A DNA stretch of 64,000 bases, from positions 992,001 to 1,056,000 of the forward strand of contig JAUPSS010000003.1 in assembly GCA_040285825.1 (NCBI GenBank), written 5' to 3'. Positions 18,027-29,075 of the stretch are shown here, one piece after another. The DNA comes from Eukaryota sp. TZLM1-RC. Taxonomy: Eukaryota; Protista; Metamonada: BaSk clade. The stretch's first letter is position 1, and the number at the start of each line of letters is the position of its first letter. The notes below the pieces were generated by a model. The model searched no databases and was not told the DNA's origin. It was given only the letters and a program-made list of their open reading frames with translations. A program made the position numbers and the translations under genes.

Positions 18027-19813
18027 ATGGATAACGTTCTACAAACTACAACTGTGGGAGCGTCTGTCAACCAGTTCTTCGACTCAGAGGCACAAGAAGC
18101 AATGGAACGCCAGTTCCAAGTTCTTGCTAGTATTGGAGCTCATGCTACTCACCTAGCACGACTCTTTGTTCTCCAATACCCAGAACACTCTATGTGGCTT
18201 ACTCAAAGCCAGTTCTGGAGCCTCTGTTTCGACTTTGTTTGCCAAAGTGAGCCTAAACAAAGGAGGCCATTTGAAAACCATCCTTTGGTTTACCAAGCGC
18301 TGCAACACCTTGTTCAGCACTTTTGGCCCTGGCGACCGCTGAATGAAACCACCTCAGCCGACGGTGGTAGATTTTGGTGTCTTTCCACTCTTCTTGGCAG
18401 TCGAGCCATCCAACTGCGAGAAGCCTTTTGTCAGTTGCTTGCTGACGGCCCTGTCGTCTGGAAACGCAATTTTTTCAAAAGCTGTGCTCAGTTTCTAAAT
18501 TGCCCCTGGCCCAAGAAATACGCCGACTGTGTACTTCAAGGGATTCAGCCAGATGAGTCAATTTTACAATGGTATCAAGAAATAAACCAGCATATCTTGG
18601 TCCATTGGCTCAATATGACAGCCAACGCCTATATTGGTGGCGGTCAAAATTTGTTCGAAAATTCAATAAGAAACGAACGGTTTCTCATCAATATGGAGTC
18701 TGCTGCAACAATCGTTCAATCTGGCTTGAACATTTTATCTTTTTTAGAAGATAACTGCCCTGATGTGATGAAAAGGCACTCTCTCTCCACTGTCCAGTTG
18801 GTCTCCATGCTTCTGCAGCTTGACTAAAGAAGCAGAAGCTTATTTCACAAAACTAAATGCAAACAAAGAGCTGATGAACAACCCTTATCGGTTTTTTAAT
18901 AAATCGAAATTTATTAACTATACCATTTTTCGAATGGTGATTCCTTGCGGTTTACGTTTACCCAGAAGGAAAGAAAAACTTATAATAGGCCAAATAAAGC
19001 GGAATTTGAGCCCAGGCGAGCCTCTGGAAATAATGATTTTCATAACTCTGAAAGGAAACGAAAATCCAATGTCCATAGTACAGCAAATCCACAGAGAAGA
19101 CCGCGGTTACCAGTGGAACAACAGCCCAATTACAGAGATCCTGATGAAAATTTGTTTTTTGTAGCCATTGATCCCAACCACAGCAATCTTTGTGGTTGGA
19201 AATCACCCTCCGCCTCTCACTCAAGCAACTCCTAACTTATTCCGCTCAGAGCTTCCAAGAGTATCTGATTGAAATAAGTTTACCTTATGTTCCTGAATCT
19301 GAGGAAGAGCCTGAATATGCTTCAATTATGTCTGGAAATTTGCAGCGTGGTGCAAGAAAAAAGCTGAGAAGAAATAAGTTTGATTTCTTCATACGAAGAC
19401 AAAAGAGACTAACTAGTTTTATTAACAAAATTAAACACTTGTCTGAAGGAAGAAGCACTATAGTTTGGTTCGGCAATGGCGGTGGTGGTCCATCTCGTCA
19501 ATCTGTGAAATCCCCCCGAAAGAGATTTCTCAAACAAATCAAAAAACACTTTGAAAGCCTCAAAGTCGGGGACGAGTTTATGGCCTCAGCAAAAGTGAAT
19601 TGCTGCAAGGTCTTTCATAGAAAGACCTATCATGATGACGGAAGGGTAAATAACGCTAAGTTCGATTGCCCTCGATGTCAGACCAACTGGTCTAGGGACA
19701 TCTCAGCCTCCAGAAACCAGCTGGAGATTGCAATTAGTGAGTATTTCACTGGTACTAGGCCAGAACCATTCAGAAGGCCAAGGCGTGTGAGACGTCTAGG
19801 AAGACAGCAGTAG
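18027..19813 (+). pseudogene. Fanzor (TnpB/Cas12-like RuvC) nuclease, copy 1, frameshifted
   Basis: Pieces give SL-PL...CSLT, (T)NGDSLRF, RuvC-I FFVAIDPN, IVWFGNG, RuvC-II GDEF.AS directly before the zinc finger (CC...CPRC), and RuvC-III SRDISASRN. Frameshifts at ~18787, ~18931 and ~19200-19240. Confidence 0.8.
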
Positions 19814-19940
19814 CTGTTTTAATCAACGTATTTCCAAGGTGTTTAGTGTATACTAACCCTTGGTGCTGAGAAGTTTACACAATTATTAGGGATATTTATT
19901 CAATATTCACTTTGTGTGAAATTCTCAGGCGCATATGCAA
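19814..19940 (+). ncRNA. Candidate omegaRNA scaffold downstream of Fanzor copy 1
   Basis: Hairpin ccaagg/ccttgg + ttagt/actaa (19834-19863). Long hairpin ctgagaa/ttctcag, tttacacaa/ttgtgtgaa, ggatatt/aatattc (19866-19928). Position is typical of OMEGA systems. Confidence 0.5.
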
Positions 19941-20253
19941 ACACAAGAGAGTACTTCCAGTCCTCGACTTCATAGACGTTCAACCCATCTTTCAACTAGA
20001 GCTTGCCTCATCATCCAGGCCATTATTGCCACAACAATCCTCTTCTTCATTATTCTTGTCATTGTTTCAGGGATGAGATCCTAGATTCTTAATGTAGTTT
20101 CTTCTATCCATCCATTCTCTTGCCCAACTTTCCTAGTGTTGTATTCAACATAGAGTTAGGGTTGTTGTGTGTTCACATTATATAAAAGAGCAAAGTAACA
20201 TTAATTTTAAAACTAGAAAAGCTAAATTCGACAAATAAACCTAATTATAATCA

Positions 20254-22332
20254 CTAATTCAAATACTTTCTACAATTGACTGCTTGACAAAAACAAGGTA
20301 ACTTGTTCTCTTCCTCATTAAACTTGTAGTCATAAGTCACTTCCTCTCCTACAGAAATTTCTTTTTTGGCATAGATCACCACCTTCTTCAAGCCCTCAAC
20401 AGTTATAATCTTTGCATAACAATTAGGTTCGCAAGAATGATTAATATACCTTGCAATGCTACCCCTCTTTGTCGCATCAATAACATAATGATCATCTACT
20501 CTGAACAGATATGAATCTCCTATTCCCGAATTATTATACATTGACTCTCTTATGTCAGACACCTTTGTCCTAATCACTTCTCCCACGTATTCACAAACTA
20601 CTTCTTCAGGAGCAATAGGTTCCAAAGCATAAAGACCCCAAGCATGAATTTTGGATTTGTCCAACTGAACTAGTTTAGATCGACGAAACAAAACATTCTT
20701 TGAATTAGTAGAGAAGTTACCCAAACGATCCCTTATTTGCCTTCGTTGAGTTCGATGTGAAGGTTTTTTATCACCTTCCAAAGCACAGATCCGTTGTCTT
20801 AAAGAGAGAAATTCATCAGCACTTGGCAATGCCCTTGTTCGTCCTTCAATCTTGTCAACGTCCTTGAAGGGAAGAAGCCTTGATGAAAAACACGATTGAG
20901 AGCTACAGGGAGGGGTTAGGGTTCTCGAAACACACTGGTAAACATTTAGTTGTCTACTTGAATGACATTGTCCAATCACCAATGAATTCTTGATAGAATC
21001 TTCATTCTCAGAGGTAAGAATGGAAACAAAGGAACCAGCTTGTTGATCAAAAAGACAAGACTTCAAGCGACTTCCGTGTAGTTTGGCGTTTAGAAAGCTA
21101 GTGTCCTTTACAATAATGTTTGAAATATCATCAGCAACAAGACTAAAGCTATCTAATTTTGAACTAGTTTCCTCTTTTTTGACCCTTGTTTGCTTGACTG
21201 GAGTTGACAGAATTCTCAGTACCTCTGCTAATTCAAAGGAAGGAATAAGATTTCCATTTTGAAATAAATCAATGGATATCTCAATCAATTTACTGCTCAA
21301 TTCAGGGAAAAACTCTTTTAAAATAACACTATTCGGACAAGGAAGACCCCCAACACAACTTTGCACACGTTTTCCGGAATCTAAAGGAACGTACCAACTT
21401 CCTGCACCCCCTGAAAATTCCACAATAGAGGAAACCCTTGCCCAATCAATCAAATCAGTTTTTGATCTTGATTGTCTTTTTGGGTTAGATCTAGTAGACC
21501 TCTGGCGTGACTTTCGGGTCTTAGAGGGAACTACAACGTCATCAATGACTGATTGATTACCTTCCTCCTCCGGGGGAATAAATTCTTGCTCAGAATCTTT
21601 TTCCACTTGCCTATCCTGTTCATTTTCTTCTTCCACTATTGTAGGTAATTGAATGTTTGCGCTTATATCTGCCTGAACAGCATCTGCTTGTTCTGCCTCA
21701 ACCTTTACAGAATTAATTTCAAATGACGGAGAAGAAATTGATTTTGGTTCATCATTAGACTTAGACATTTCTATAGGAGGGAAATCAATCTTTTCTTGAT
21801 TGAATGATTTGATTTCTGATGGTGATTGATTGGTTTCCTTAACCTCAGACTCAACTTCTACTTCCACCTTCACCTTCTTGATCACAGGTTCCTTTAAAAG
21901 TTCCTGTCCAGGGGGCACCTCTTCATGGGAACTAAGAGGAGCATCTTCCACTGGTGCAGGCTTGGGAGGAGAGTGTGTAGGTTTTGGAAAGTGGGGAAGA
22001 GATCCATGACGCTTTTGTCCAGCAAGTATGTATTTTTGGACAAGTTGGTTGGTGAGAGCAGGTTTATGAGGCTCAAGCTTTGGTTTTGGAGGGGGAGTTG
22101 CTTCTTTTGGAGGCTGAGGAGGCTGATGACGAGGTTGACTATGGTATATAGGGTTAAGTTGAGGAGTTGGTGGATGTTGAGTCGGAGTTTGTTGTGGAAT
22201 GTATGTATGGATAGGATAAGAGAAATATGGGTTTGGTTGCATGAATGGTACTGGATTAGCTGGGAAGGGCATGTCACGACCACGAGACATCTTGGGCATT
22301 TTAGGATGTGCCCGTTGTGAATTGAAACTCAT
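20254..22332 (-). CDS. SET1: SET1-type histone H3K4 methyltransferase
   Basis: C-terminal SET (SKIHAWGLYA, RYINHSCEPNC, GEEVTYDYKF) and post-SET CFC...CRKYLN. Confidence 0.9.
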   Translation of the reverse strand: MSFNSQRAHPKMPKMSRGRDMPFPANPVPFMQPNPYFSYPIHTYIPQQTPTQHPPTPQLNPIYHSQPRHQPPQPPKEATPPPKPKLEPHKPALTNQLVQKYILAGQKRHGSLPHFPKPTHSPPKPAPVEDAPLSSHEEVPPGQELLKEPVIKKVKVEVEVESEVKETNQSPSEIKSFNQEKIDFPPIEMSKSNDEPKSISSPSFEINSVKVEAEQADAVQADISANIQLPTIVEEENEQDRQVEKDSEQEFIPPEEEGNQSVIDDVVVPSKTRKSRQRSTRSNPKRQSRSKTDLIDWARVSSIVEFSGGAGSWYVPLDSGKRVQSCVGGLPCPNSVILKEFFPELSSKLIEISIDLFQNGNLIPSFELAEVLRILSTPVKQTRVKKEETSSKLDSFSLVADDISNIIVKDTSFLNAKLHGSRLKSCLFDQQAGSFVSILTSENEDSIKNSLVIGQCHSSRQLNVYQCVSRTLTPPCSSQSCFSSRLLPFKDVDKIEGRTRALPSADEFLSLRQRICALEGDKKPSHRTQRRQIRDRLGNFSTNSKNVLFRRSKLVQLDKSKIHAWGLYALEPIAPEEVVCEYVGEVIRTKVSDIRESMYNNSGIGDSYLFRVDDHYVIDATKRGSIARYINHSCEPNCYAKIITVEGLKKVVIYAKKEISVGEEVTYDYKFNEEENKLPCFCQAVNCRKYLN

Positions 22333-22425
22333 GAACGTTGAGGCTTTTACCCAATTAAGCTACCCAATAAACTTTAATGTTAGAACAACTGAAAACTTCT
22401 TTTCGTTTCTTCAACTGTAACACCA

Positions 22426-23682
22426 ATGAACACCCCTTTAGACTATTATGAACGACTTGGTGTCTCTACAACTGCTACAGATGATGAAATTAAGCGGGCC
22501 TACCGTAAACTTTCTCTTAAGTATCACCCTGATAGGTCATTCCAAACAGGTCTTTCTAATGAAGAATCTACACTTATGTTTCGCGAATTAAATGCTGCTT
22601 ACAGTGTACTTTCAGACCCAAACGAACGGGCTTTTTATGACAATAACAAAGATTCTCTACTTCTTGGATTAGATGCAGGAACGTCTACTAATGTTCCAAT
22701 CTTTCAGTACATGTCCCCTTCCTGCTTTTCTGGCTTTGGTGATGATCCAGGTTCCTTTTACTCTGTCTATTCTAAAGTATTTCACGAGCTGGACCGAGAG
22801 GAAAGCTTTTGTCCAAATTATTCACCCCTACCTTCTTTTGGAAACTCTAGGACCTCACATGATGACGTGGCAAAGTTTTACCTGCACTGGGAGTCTTTTG
22901 TTAGTAAAAAAAGTTTTAGTCATGAAGCAGAATATAACCTGCATCATGCACCAAATAGAGAAATTAGAAGACTAATGGATAAAGAGAACAAACACACTCA
23001 ATCAGCAGCGAGGAAGGCCTTTAATGATAAGGTTAGGCTATTGGTGGTCGCGGTCAAACGGAGAGACCCTCGAATAATGGAGCTCAATGCCATTAGGCTG
23101 AGGAAGGAAGAAGAGATGAAAAGACAACAAGAAGAAATGATCCAAGCCAAGAAGGAAGCTAGAAGAAGGGCAAGGGAAGAGAGACAGAGAAGACTGGAAA
23201 TGGAGGCATTGGAGATGGAAGGAGAAGATGAGGTAGAGGTAGAAGTTGATGACAATCAAGTGTTTGTTGACGAGGAGTTTGAGTTGTTAACTGTTTCCGA
23301 AAATAGATCAGAGTCGGACGAGGACAGCTTTTATTGTGAGTTTTGTAAGAAAAAGTTTGGATCAGTAGGACAGTTTAAATCACACGAGAATTCTCGAAAA
23401 CATAAGCAAAATGTTGCCAAACACACGCCTTCAGAGTCAAAGCCACCAAAGGTAAAACAACGTGATTCAAATGTCAAAAATGATGGTTCAGACAATTCAC
23501 AAACACCAGCTATTTCTCATAATAAGAAGAAAAAGAAAAAGAAGCAAGGTTTAGTCTGCGGTGTCTGTAGTGTTGAATTCAGATCCAGAAATGAGCTTTT
23601 CAGTCATTTGGAGGAGTCTGGACATGCTTTATCTCCTGTTGAACTGTCTTCTCAGTCCAAAAAGAAAAGGGGCAAAAGGTGA
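22426..23682 (+). CDS. DNAJC21: J-domain co-chaperone with C2H2 zinc fingers (DNAJC21/JJJ1)
   Basis: HPD J-domain, [26 protein letters not shown], and zinc fingers CEFC...H..SRKH and CGVC...[14 protein letters not shown]. Confidence 0.92.
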   Translation: MNTPLDYYERLGVSTTATDDEIKRAYRKLSLKYHPDRSFQTGLSNEESTLMFRELNAAYSVLSDPNERAFYDNNKDSLLLGLDAGTSTNVPIFQYMSPSCFSGFGDDPGSFYSVYSKVFHELDREESFCPNYSPLPSFGNSRTSHDDVAKFYLHWESFVSKKSFSHEAEYNLHHAPNREIRRLMDKENKHTQSAARKAFNDKVRLLVVAVKRRDPRIMELNAIRLRKEEEMKRQQEEMIQAKKEARRRAREERQRRLEMEALEMEGEDEVEVEVDDNQVFVDEEFELLTVSENRSESDEDSFYCEFCKKKFGSVGQFKSHENSRKHKQNVAKHTPSESKPPKVKQRDSNVKNDGSDNSQTPAISHNKKKKKKKQGLVCGVCSVEFRSRNELFSHLEESGHALSPVELSSQSKKKRGKR

Positions 23683-24151
23683 TCATTTTTTTGTGTTGTG
23701 GTTTAGTTTTTAGTATTTTATTTTAAACAAATTTATAATATTCATTCTGTCCATGTTATGTCCTTTCAAACATAACTTTTTTGTTTTTTGTTCATAAAGT
23801 AAACTTCTTTGAAATAGTTCATAAAAAGGAAGTCTTATAACAGTTGAACTGTTGCGCTTAACTTTTGATTATTCAGGACTCCAAAACAATTTTGGTTGGA
23901 AAAAATGGAGTCTTGTAATCTGTTCAGAGTACTGTATGGCAAAACGTGATCGATTTCCAACATTCAAGATCCATGACAATCTCCAACAAGCATTTCACAT
24001 GATATTTCAATAATTACCTGTTCATAGTGGAGTTTATTGAGAAAATTTGTGAAAAATTGAGTTGCCTGCAACAAGTCTCCACACATACAATTCGATTTGA
24101 ATCTCCAGCTGTACAACTATCGTGATCGTAGGTTATTATCACTCTGCCCTG

Positions 24152-25499
24152 ATGGACCCCGTTGACCTCATATGCCCTGATCGTTGGAAACATCGACAAC
24201 CACTGTTTTTAGGTCAAATAAAAGCAACTTCGTGGAGCAACAAAACTCAAGAACTGTTCTGCTTGGAAGACATCATAGTAACCCTTGATTCCAATGGATC
24301 AGCAGAAGCTTATAGTAGAACAACTCTACAACACCTCTGCTCACTTCGTATCAACGATGACTATATAGTACGATCTCTGTTCACACATACACTGACAAAA
24401 TCGGTGATCACCGTAACAACCCTATCTACCGAGTCGCACTCTGCATTGAGAGTGGTTTCATTCCCTTTAGAGTTTGTTGAACTAACTCACAATCATTAAC
24501 AGCAGTCATATACGCAAAGGTGATGCCCCCAGTACGCCTACTTTCATGTTTACAACAGAAATTTTAAAGTACCCAGGATTCGTGGAGTTTGACTCAAGAG
24601 CTAACCGTGCAATTACTTTCAGTGCTCCAGATCAAGTGTATAGAGTGTGGGACCTCAGTACTTACTGTGGATTTCTCTATTCGTTGTCTGCGTCAGATGT
24701 GCTTGAAGTCAAAATAAAGTATGTAATTTATTATTCAGCATACTAACCTCAGTTACGACAGACTGGTTGTGTTTCACAAACCAGATTCCGAATTCTATCT
24801 CAACATCAAAGTGTATGACCTTCAATATGGAAAATTGTTGTGCACAAGTAGACTTAAGCTTGAGTCTCGAGGCTATCCATTCAATGTAAATCCGACAGTT
24901 CTGTATACCGAAAGTGTTGGTGATTCAATGTTTTGTTACTGTCCAATTGACAATAATAATGGTATTTATATCTCAAAAAAACATCTAACTATAGGATATG
25001 TAAAACTAATTAATATAAGAAAATCAACATCAATTAGAATTCAATTGCAAAGAAACAATCAACCACTGAGTTGTCTTCAAAGTGTGGCTTCATTCATGTA
25101 TCTTCATTCAAATCATCGGTATCGTCATCAACAAATTTCTCTAATCGTATAATAATTGCCTTTGGTCGCAATGGAAATACTCTCTTGTTAGACGATGAAC
25201 TGAATATCGTAGCCAAACTCTCAAGTACAGTACTTGATGGCCGGTTTGATGAACACTCGTGTACGATATTAACCGATGACGAGTCATTGTTGGTGAGTTT
25301 CACTGAGAATAAGGACAAGGAAATAGTTGTTAATTGTGTTGATGCAACGACTGGAAAGCATCAAAGGGAGTATTCGATAGGGAAAGAAATGCAAAAAAGA
25401 AACATTCCAAGAAATGGTACATGTATAGCATACCTAAAAGAAGAAAGAGTGTTTGTGGTAGGACATTTGGATAACTCTGTCTCTATTTGGCGACTTTAG
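24152..25499 (+). CDS. WD40/beta-propeller-like protein (plant/protist family with the LKxPGFVEFD motif), 4 introns; start uncertain
   Basis: IVRSLF...SVITV, HIRKG, LKYPGFVEFD...YRVWDL..Y...LYSLS...V.EVKI. The ORF pieces join through introns 24472-24505, 24719-24752, 24962-24994 and 25119-25150. Confidence 0.8.
24472..24505 (+). other. 34-nt intron GT...AG
   Basis: GTTTGT...CATTAACAGCAG; restores FPLD-HIRKG. An AG 3 nt earlier is also in frame. Confidence 0.8.
24719..24752 (+). other. 34-nt intron GT...AG
   Basis: GTATGT...TACTAACCTCAG; joins the frames of ORFs 24546 and 24769. Confidence 0.88.
24962..24994 (+). other. 33-nt in-frame intron GT...AG
   Basis: GTATTT...ATCTAACTATAG; same architecture, stopless 3n intron. 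Confidence 0.7.
25119..25150 (+). other. 32-nt intron GT...AT
   Basis: GTATCG...CTCTAATCGTAT; restores SNHR-IIAFGRNG. The next downstream AG is out of frame. Confidence 0.72.
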
Positions 25500-25939
25500 A
25501 TAAACAAATAAACCTCTAAGTTAATCGTTTTAGTGACTTTAAAGGTTGAAGAGAAGAGAACGAGTTTGGTCGTTTACGAGTTGCTTTGCTATTCGACTGT
25601 TGGTTAAATGGATCGTACTTGGAAGGAACGAATGATTTGAAGTTAGAGTTCAATAAAACACTAGATGACGAAAGCGAAATGTTGAGAGGAAGTGCTTTGA
25701 CTGATGATAAGTCCATTAATGATGAGGATGAAGTATAAGCAATTCCGGAAAAAAACATTATTTTGAGCTTTATAAATTTCACAAACTCCAAAAATGTGTA
25801 TTTTTGTATGTTTCAGAAGAGTATCCGTATATTGTTCATACTTGTTTTTTTGTGAAAAACTGTAAAATTATTAGCCTATACGGAATGTACTTATAAACTA
25901 AACTATTGTGTTTTTTTCGAATTATATTTATTTATTACA

Positions 25940-27225
25940 AAACTTATAAATCAACATCTAAATAATCCATCTCTCCCAAAACAATACAACTAGATGCAAC
26001 TCTCTCATAGTGATCCCCTTAGAAATAGAAAACACAATTCTATTTTGCCAAAACAATCTGTTGAAATTTCTGTTAGTTTTTCTCTTTACAATCAATTCAA
26101 AATCTGCCGAAAAACGTATAGCCGTTGGAGCAAGTGAACCAAAAGGAGAAAATACAAATGGATACAAATTGTATTTTGCATGCTGTTGACTGGCCAATTT
26201 GGACAAAGGATCATTGTATTTTTTGATTTTGAAATTTTCAGCATTTGAAAGAGGATTGTGAATTTTAGAATTAACAAGCCTTTCATTTGAGGCATTACAA
26301 GGATCAACAGACATTACATCCATTAAAATGAAGCTTCCATCTATTTCAGGTAATATTACATCACCTCTATTGTTCTTATGAAAATCATCTTCAGTATCAG
26401 ACAGATTTGACAACAGAGGTTCCAAAAAGGATTCAATTCTATAAGACTTACACATACAACATAATTGGTTGCTTACAGCATCGTTAACCTTGCTTCTAAA
26501 AGTAATGAAATGTTTACAATTTGACAAATGAGTAATTGTAATTTTCCGAGAACATTTACAAATTAAATTATGAGGTAAATTATCAGGTCAGATACAGGAA
26601 CGAAATCTTATATTCAAAGTCCAGGCAGAATCAGTAAAGAGAGTGCCATAAAGTTGAGGAATTGTTTTTACTAAGGCAGAAGAAGTACTATCACATATGT
26701 CTTGTAAAAGATTTGCAAAAGCGGGATTCTTATTCTTAACCAAACCAAGTCTAACATCAAAATCCAAGCTTTCAAAAAACTTTGACAATTTTTGTTGAAG
26801 CTTTTCACAGCAAAACTGCAAATTAAAAAGAGATTGGTTTGGAATTTCTTGAAATAATTGGAAAAAACATTTGGTCCAATTTTGTGGTGGCAATCTATCG
26901 AGTTCACAAGATAACTCATTCAAATATGCATCCGGGAACTAGCAAATGGGAATCTTCACGAAATCTACGAGACAATTCATAAACAAAATTCTTGCCTCCA
27001 CCCAAAAATGCTGATTGACACAAAATAGAAGATTTAGTAAATCCAATAACACCAAAATTTGCTGCCGAAAGTAAGTGATTTTTCAACATTCCTGGTTCTA
27101 CGTCCATTAAAGCAGCAAGAAATTCTGTTCTCAATGAATTAAAAGAACGAAAAAAATCTAATGCTACGGAAGACGGACAAAATATCAAAATGTGGGTTAT
27201 TTTTTCCAGTAAAGCAAATTTTACG
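25940..27225 (-). mobile_element. 5'-truncated degenerate RLE non-LTR retrotransposon, family B
   Basis: Frameshifted pieces near-identical to 52990-54320 (CKHFITFRSKV, EPLL, RGDVIL, KIKKY). Confidence 0.9.
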
Positions 27226-28057
27226 CATAAAATAATAACAATAATTTAAAGAAGTAAAATAATATTAATTCAAATATAAAACAAAATAATATTAATTCAA
27301 ATGGAAATTCAACTTTCAAAACAATTAATTGTTGGAAGTAATTGGGAAAAGCATCAACAATTCAAAGGGCACTGGAGCACGCTATTTTCAACAGATCAAA
27401 AGAAATTCCAGATGGGCTTGCAGCTTTTCGTTTTGGTAGTTTTTGAGATAGTTTTGGAAACTTCAAATGCAGAAACCGTACTTTCAATCCAAACAAGATA
27501 AACAACAGGCTTGCGTCACTTCAAATTTTCTTGAGGATGCAATGTTGAAGTTCGTATTAAATATCACATTACATACAATTCTTTACTTTTCGAGTTCCCA
27601 CTTAAATTTATCATTATTTATTTCAGAATGTTATCTTTTTTTGTTCTAGCATTTGCAGCTTAACTATAACAGATGTTAGTCTTAAACAATCGTACTTCTA
27701 GATGTTTGATGGTACTTTGGTGGTTGTTTATCATTGAGGAAAAACAGAAACAGTCTTGTTTGATAAACAAATAGTATAAACAACTAATTCCAAACAAATA
27801 ATAAACGGAAAAATAGATCTTCAACATTGTAATATAATATTCTTCTTATATTTTGACTCCATTATTTTTGTTGATATAGACCAATACAAAGATATTTTAA
27901 CCCATAAAGATTTGCCCATAGTATCTGCATTAACTTGGAAAAGTTATAATGCTGTGTTTATAAGTTTAAGTTTTCAACTTTTGCAGCCTTTGAATAATAA
28001 TGATGGTCTAGGCTGTTCCTTAGGGATTGAAATATCCTGAAATGTAATGAGATATTT

Positions 28058-28098
28058 TACTTATTTTACTTATTTTATTTATTTTATTTATTTTATTT
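28058..28098. repeat. AT-rich simple repeat (ttatttta)n
   Basis: Visible tandem units. Confidence 0.8.
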
Positions 28099-28204
28099 CA
28101 CGAGAAGAAATAGAATTCCCTAAACCTGACAGAATTAAGTATCTTTGAATTTTTAATTCAAAGCTATCAACACTATTCAAGACTAACAATCAAAAAAAGT
28201 ATTT

Positions 28205-28770
28205 TAAGGTAAATTCCCTTTTAGATCATTTGCTATCAAAAATTATTCTCGAAACCCCCAATAATGGTAGTATGCGTTATAATAGAGCTCTTGAGGGTCT
28301 GACAAGAGGTGATTTGGTGGTTGCTGGCTTAAATGGATGCTTCACCATCATAGATGCCATGTCCATTGACCCATGTAATTATTCTAACGAACATTACATT
28401 GATTCAGATGTAAATAATACTCTTCTAGCCAGGGAAAAATAAAAAATTGCTAATTGTGCGAAACCTATTTCTTCTGTCAATGAGAATTCTCATGCCCAAT
28501 ATAATTTATGTCCATTTGTTTTTTCTTTGCTTGGATCTCTAGGTAAGGCTGCTATGACTTGCCTTGACGAATTCAATGTAGTTGTAAAGGAAAGAACTGG
28601 AAGAATTTTCAATCGTGTTTACTGGCACAACAGGATAGTATTTTCTATTTTCAAGGAAATGGTGAAGTCAATTTCTGATTCACTCTTCATTTGGGAAATT
28701 TTCTGAATCTTTAGTAATTAAAAGCTTCGATGTAGGAGATGTAGGTTTTGAGGATGTGGAGTTTTAGTTG
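28205..28770 (+). mobile_element. RLE-domain fragment of a family-B-related non-LTR element
   Basis: TRGDLVVAGLNG...DAMSIDPCN...YNLCPFVFSLLGSL...FNRVYWHNRIVFSIF. Confidence 0.82.
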
Positions 28771-28814
28771 TGTATTTGATGATTTTTTTAATCGCTGTTT
28801 GATAAATAAGAATA

Positions 28815-29000
28815 ATCTTTGCTAAAAAGAGTAGCTTCTTCGATATCTTTGTCATATTTTCTATGTTTTTCATTCGATTTGTATTCAAGAGCATTTACAG
28901 GATGAAGTTTTCTTCTTTAAACCTATGTGTTTTTGCAAAATTATAGGAGACCAAATCAACAACAACTTCAGAGTTCTCAATCCAAACACAGTAAATATCA
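28815..29000 (-). mobile_element. Short fragment of non-LTR family A
   Basis: Encodes KLHPVNALEYK...KHRKYDKDIEEA, matching 7010-7090. Confidence 0.75.
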
Positions 29001-29075
29001 AATGGTTGTTGAATCAATAGTAAAAATTGATTAATTGAAAAATAACTTTATTTACACTATACAAAAAACTAGAAA

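Noticed and set aside
19940-20160. Coding-like minus-strand stretch after the Fanzor flank
   Set aside because: Interrupted by stops with no recognisable family; left unannotated.
25119-25150. U12-type intron explanation for AT ends
   Set aside because: Donors GTATGT/GTATCG lack the RTATCCTT consensus and share the architecture of the AG introns.
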